NCBI GenBank assembly: GCA_030606485.1
Contig: JAUWGH010000001.1
Span: 600,001 to 632,000, forward strand
Reading direction: 5' to 3'
DNA length: 32,000 bases
From: Promethearchaeota archaeon
Lineage (GTDB): Archaea; Asgardarchaeota; Lokiarchaeia; Sigyniarchaeales; SOKP01
Under the pieces are notes generated by a model that ran no database searches, was not told the origin of the DNA, and saw only the letters and a list, made by a program, of their open reading frames with translations. The translations under genes were made by a program, and so were the position numbers. Below, one piece after another: positions 30,171 to 32,000 of this stretch. How positions within the stretch are numbered: position 1 is the stretch's first letter; the number at the start of each line of letters is the position of its first letter.

Positions 30171-31358
30171 CTGAGTTCCAATATCGGTTCCGAGGCTAAA
30201 GCTAAATATGCAGAATATTTGGATGCAAAATCCCTTGAAGAAAAAATTAAAAAACTAGAAGAATTCATATCTTTAGTTCCAAAGCATAAGGCAACGGAAA
30301 AAATTGTTGCTTTAAATAGAACAAGATTAGTTAAATTAAAAGGTGAACTGGAGTCTAACAAGAAAAGACAAAAGAAACTTAGCTCCAGAATTAGTCCTTT
30401 CTCAGTAAAATCAGAGGGAATTCAAATAATATTAATTAGCGACTTTCATACTCTGGGTGCGGGAAAAACAACAATTTTTCATCATTTAACAGGAGCAAAA
30501 TATGAAAATATCGGTAAATTCACAGCTATACCTCAAATAGGAATTTATAAATTTAATAAAATAAAATTTCAGATTGTTGACATGCCTGCAATTATGGAAG
30601 GCGCCTCAAAAGGTGTGGGTCATGGAACTGAAATATTATCGGCTGTTCGCTCTGCAGATTTAATATGTTTATGTATAGATTTAAGTAGAGGCATCAAAAA
30701 ACAAATGGGCTTATTATTAAGTGAATTTAGCAAGGCAAATATCCGAATTAATATAACATCACCACCAATTGAAATTGAAAAAACGGGTTCTAATAAAATT
30801 CAAGTATTTTATTTAACCGAAGAAGCAAAAAAATATTTGAATATGGACGAAGATATTAAACAACTAGTAAAAGAAAGTGGTATCCATAATGCACTAGTAA
30901 AAATCCATGGAAAAATTAATTTGGAAATGGTATCAGATGCGTTAAATCAATCAATTGCATATAAAAAAATGATCATTTTAGGAACTAAAGGCGATTTGCC
31001 TAATACTCAGAATCAATTTGATTTATTAAAAAAGAAATATAAAAATAAATTTCCATTAATCATTGGTGTTAGTGGAAAAAAAGGTGAAGGGTTTATTGAT
31101 TTTGGCAATAATATTTTAGAATTTCTCAATAAGATTAAAATTTTTACCAAATCGGGAAATAAAATAGCTGAACCACCTTTAATTGTTAATAATGATTCAA
31201 CTGTTAAAGATATAGCATTAAAAATACATAAAAGTTTTTATAAATACTTTAAATATGCCGTAGTCTACAGAAAAGGTTCAATTATGAATAAAAAAAGAGT
31301 AGGAATCAATTATTTACTTCAAAATGAAGATGTCGTTGAAATTTTTACTACAGTATAA
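30171..31358 (+). CDS. DRG/Obg family GTP-binding protein with C-terminal TGS domain
   Basis: EAKAKYAEYLDAKSLEEKI, VPKHKATEK, GAGKTT, TKGD, TVKDIALKIHK and VGINYLLQNEDVVEI. Conserved N-terminus extends upstream of the track's TTG (30219) to CTG at 30171. Confidence 0.85.
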   Translation: MSSNIGSEAKAKYAEYLDAKSLEEKIKKLEEFISLVPKHKATEKIVALNRTRLVKLKGELESNKKRQKKLSSRISPFSVKSEGIQIILISDFHTLGAGKTTIFHHLTGAKYENIGKFTAIPQIGIYKFNKIKFQIVDMPAIMEGASKGVGHGTEILSAVRSADLICLCIDLSRGIKKQMGLLLSEFSKANIRINITSPPIEIEKTGSNKIQVFYLTEEAKKYLNMDEDIKQLVKESGIHNALVKIHGKINLEMVSDALNQSIAYKKMIILGTKGDLPNTQNQFDLLKKKYKNKFPLIIGVSGKKGEGFIDFGNNILEFLNKIKIFTKSGNKIAEPPLIVNNDSTVKDIALKIHKSFYKYFKYAVVYRKGSIMNKKRVGINYLLQNEDVVEIFTTV

Positions 31359-31379
31359 ATATAAAGTAGGCTTTATTTA

Positions 31380-32000
31380 TTAATAATCTTCGATATCTTC
31401 CTCTTTTAATTTTAGGATATCTTTTATAACCTGAGATAGTTCTGATTCTTGGTTCGCGTCTTTTTCAAGTAACATTTTTGCCATTTCTTTAAATTTCTGA
31501 TACTCATTTCCAGAAGATATTTTTTGAATTTTTGAACCAAAAGAATATAGATTTAAATATGTGTCTCTATATTCTCCCTCAATAAGAGGTTTCTGACCAA
31601 TTTTTTTTAAAGACTCACTTAAAGATTCTTTTGCTCTTTGTAAATAATATTTAATTTTAAATTTTGTATCATCAATCTCTCTTTTTACCTGCTGGAATCT
31701 TTTCTGATATTGTCTATATCCATTATCATCCTTTAATTGATTAGAAATATCTAAAATGTTCTCAATTATCTTTTGTTTTCTTATTAAATTTTCGGTTTGA
31801 TTTAATCGATCTTCTAAAAATTGCTTTTCTTCTAATAAATCCTCAACTTTTTGGGGAGAGAGTGCCCCTTTTTGCTCCCAAATTGATTTTAAAACTTCCA
31901 TTTGATTATCCGTAAGAGTTTTTTCATCTATTAATGATTTTTCAGAAACAATTAACTGGGAAATTGGATGATCTAAAATCTTAAATATATCCTTTTGACC
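31380..32000 (-). CDS. Hypothetical protein, C-terminal part only (helical, coiled-coil rich)
   Basis: The frame of ORF 31380-31901 stays open for 33 more codons to the window edge (GQKDIFKILDHPISQ...), so the track's ATG is probably internal. Confidence 0.7.
   Translation of the reverse strand, partial: GQKDIFKILDHPISQLIVSEKSLIDEKTLTDNQMEVLKSIWEQKGALSPQKVEDLLEEKQFLEDRLNQTENLIRKQKIIENILDISNQLKDDNGYRQYQKRFQQVKREIDDTKFKIKYYLQRAKESLSESLKKIGQKPLIEGEYRDTYLNLYSFGSKIQKISSGNEYQKFKEMAKMLLEKDANQESELSQVIKDILKLKEEDIEDY

Overview
AT-rich window, most likely from an Asgard archaeon (Lokiarchaeia/Promethearchaeota-like). The evidence is an actin-family gene, a longin-like gene, an archaeal-type IleRS and an archaeal DRG-like GTPase; the taxonomy is inferred, not searched. 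There are four blocks. (1) 1-10.2 kb: surface-glycosylation locus with a FkbM methyltransferase, GT2, three GT4s, WecB, a second methyltransferase and one or two broken genes. (2) 10.3-18.8 kb: ileS, a membrane protein, then a same-strand run of MBL hydrolase, ModE-like regulator, an actin-related protein with a ~140-aa double zinc-ribbon insertion, and a predicted cell-surface alpha/alpha-barrel protein. (3) 18.8-28.5 kb: a bacterial-type lysine fermentation cluster (kat, kce, kdd, kamA, kamB, kamD, kamE). It has the aminotransferase Kat rather than Kal, lacks kamC, and is interrupted by a DUF433/PIN toxin-antitoxin pair and an N-methyltransferase-like gene. (4) 28.7-32 kb: folD, a longin-like gene, a DRG-like GTPase with a probable CTG start and altered G1/G3 motifs, and a partial unknown gene. 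No rRNA, tRNA, CRISPR array or transposase was recognised. The best candidates for novelty are the zinc-ribbon actin and the remodelled Kat-type lysine cluster.
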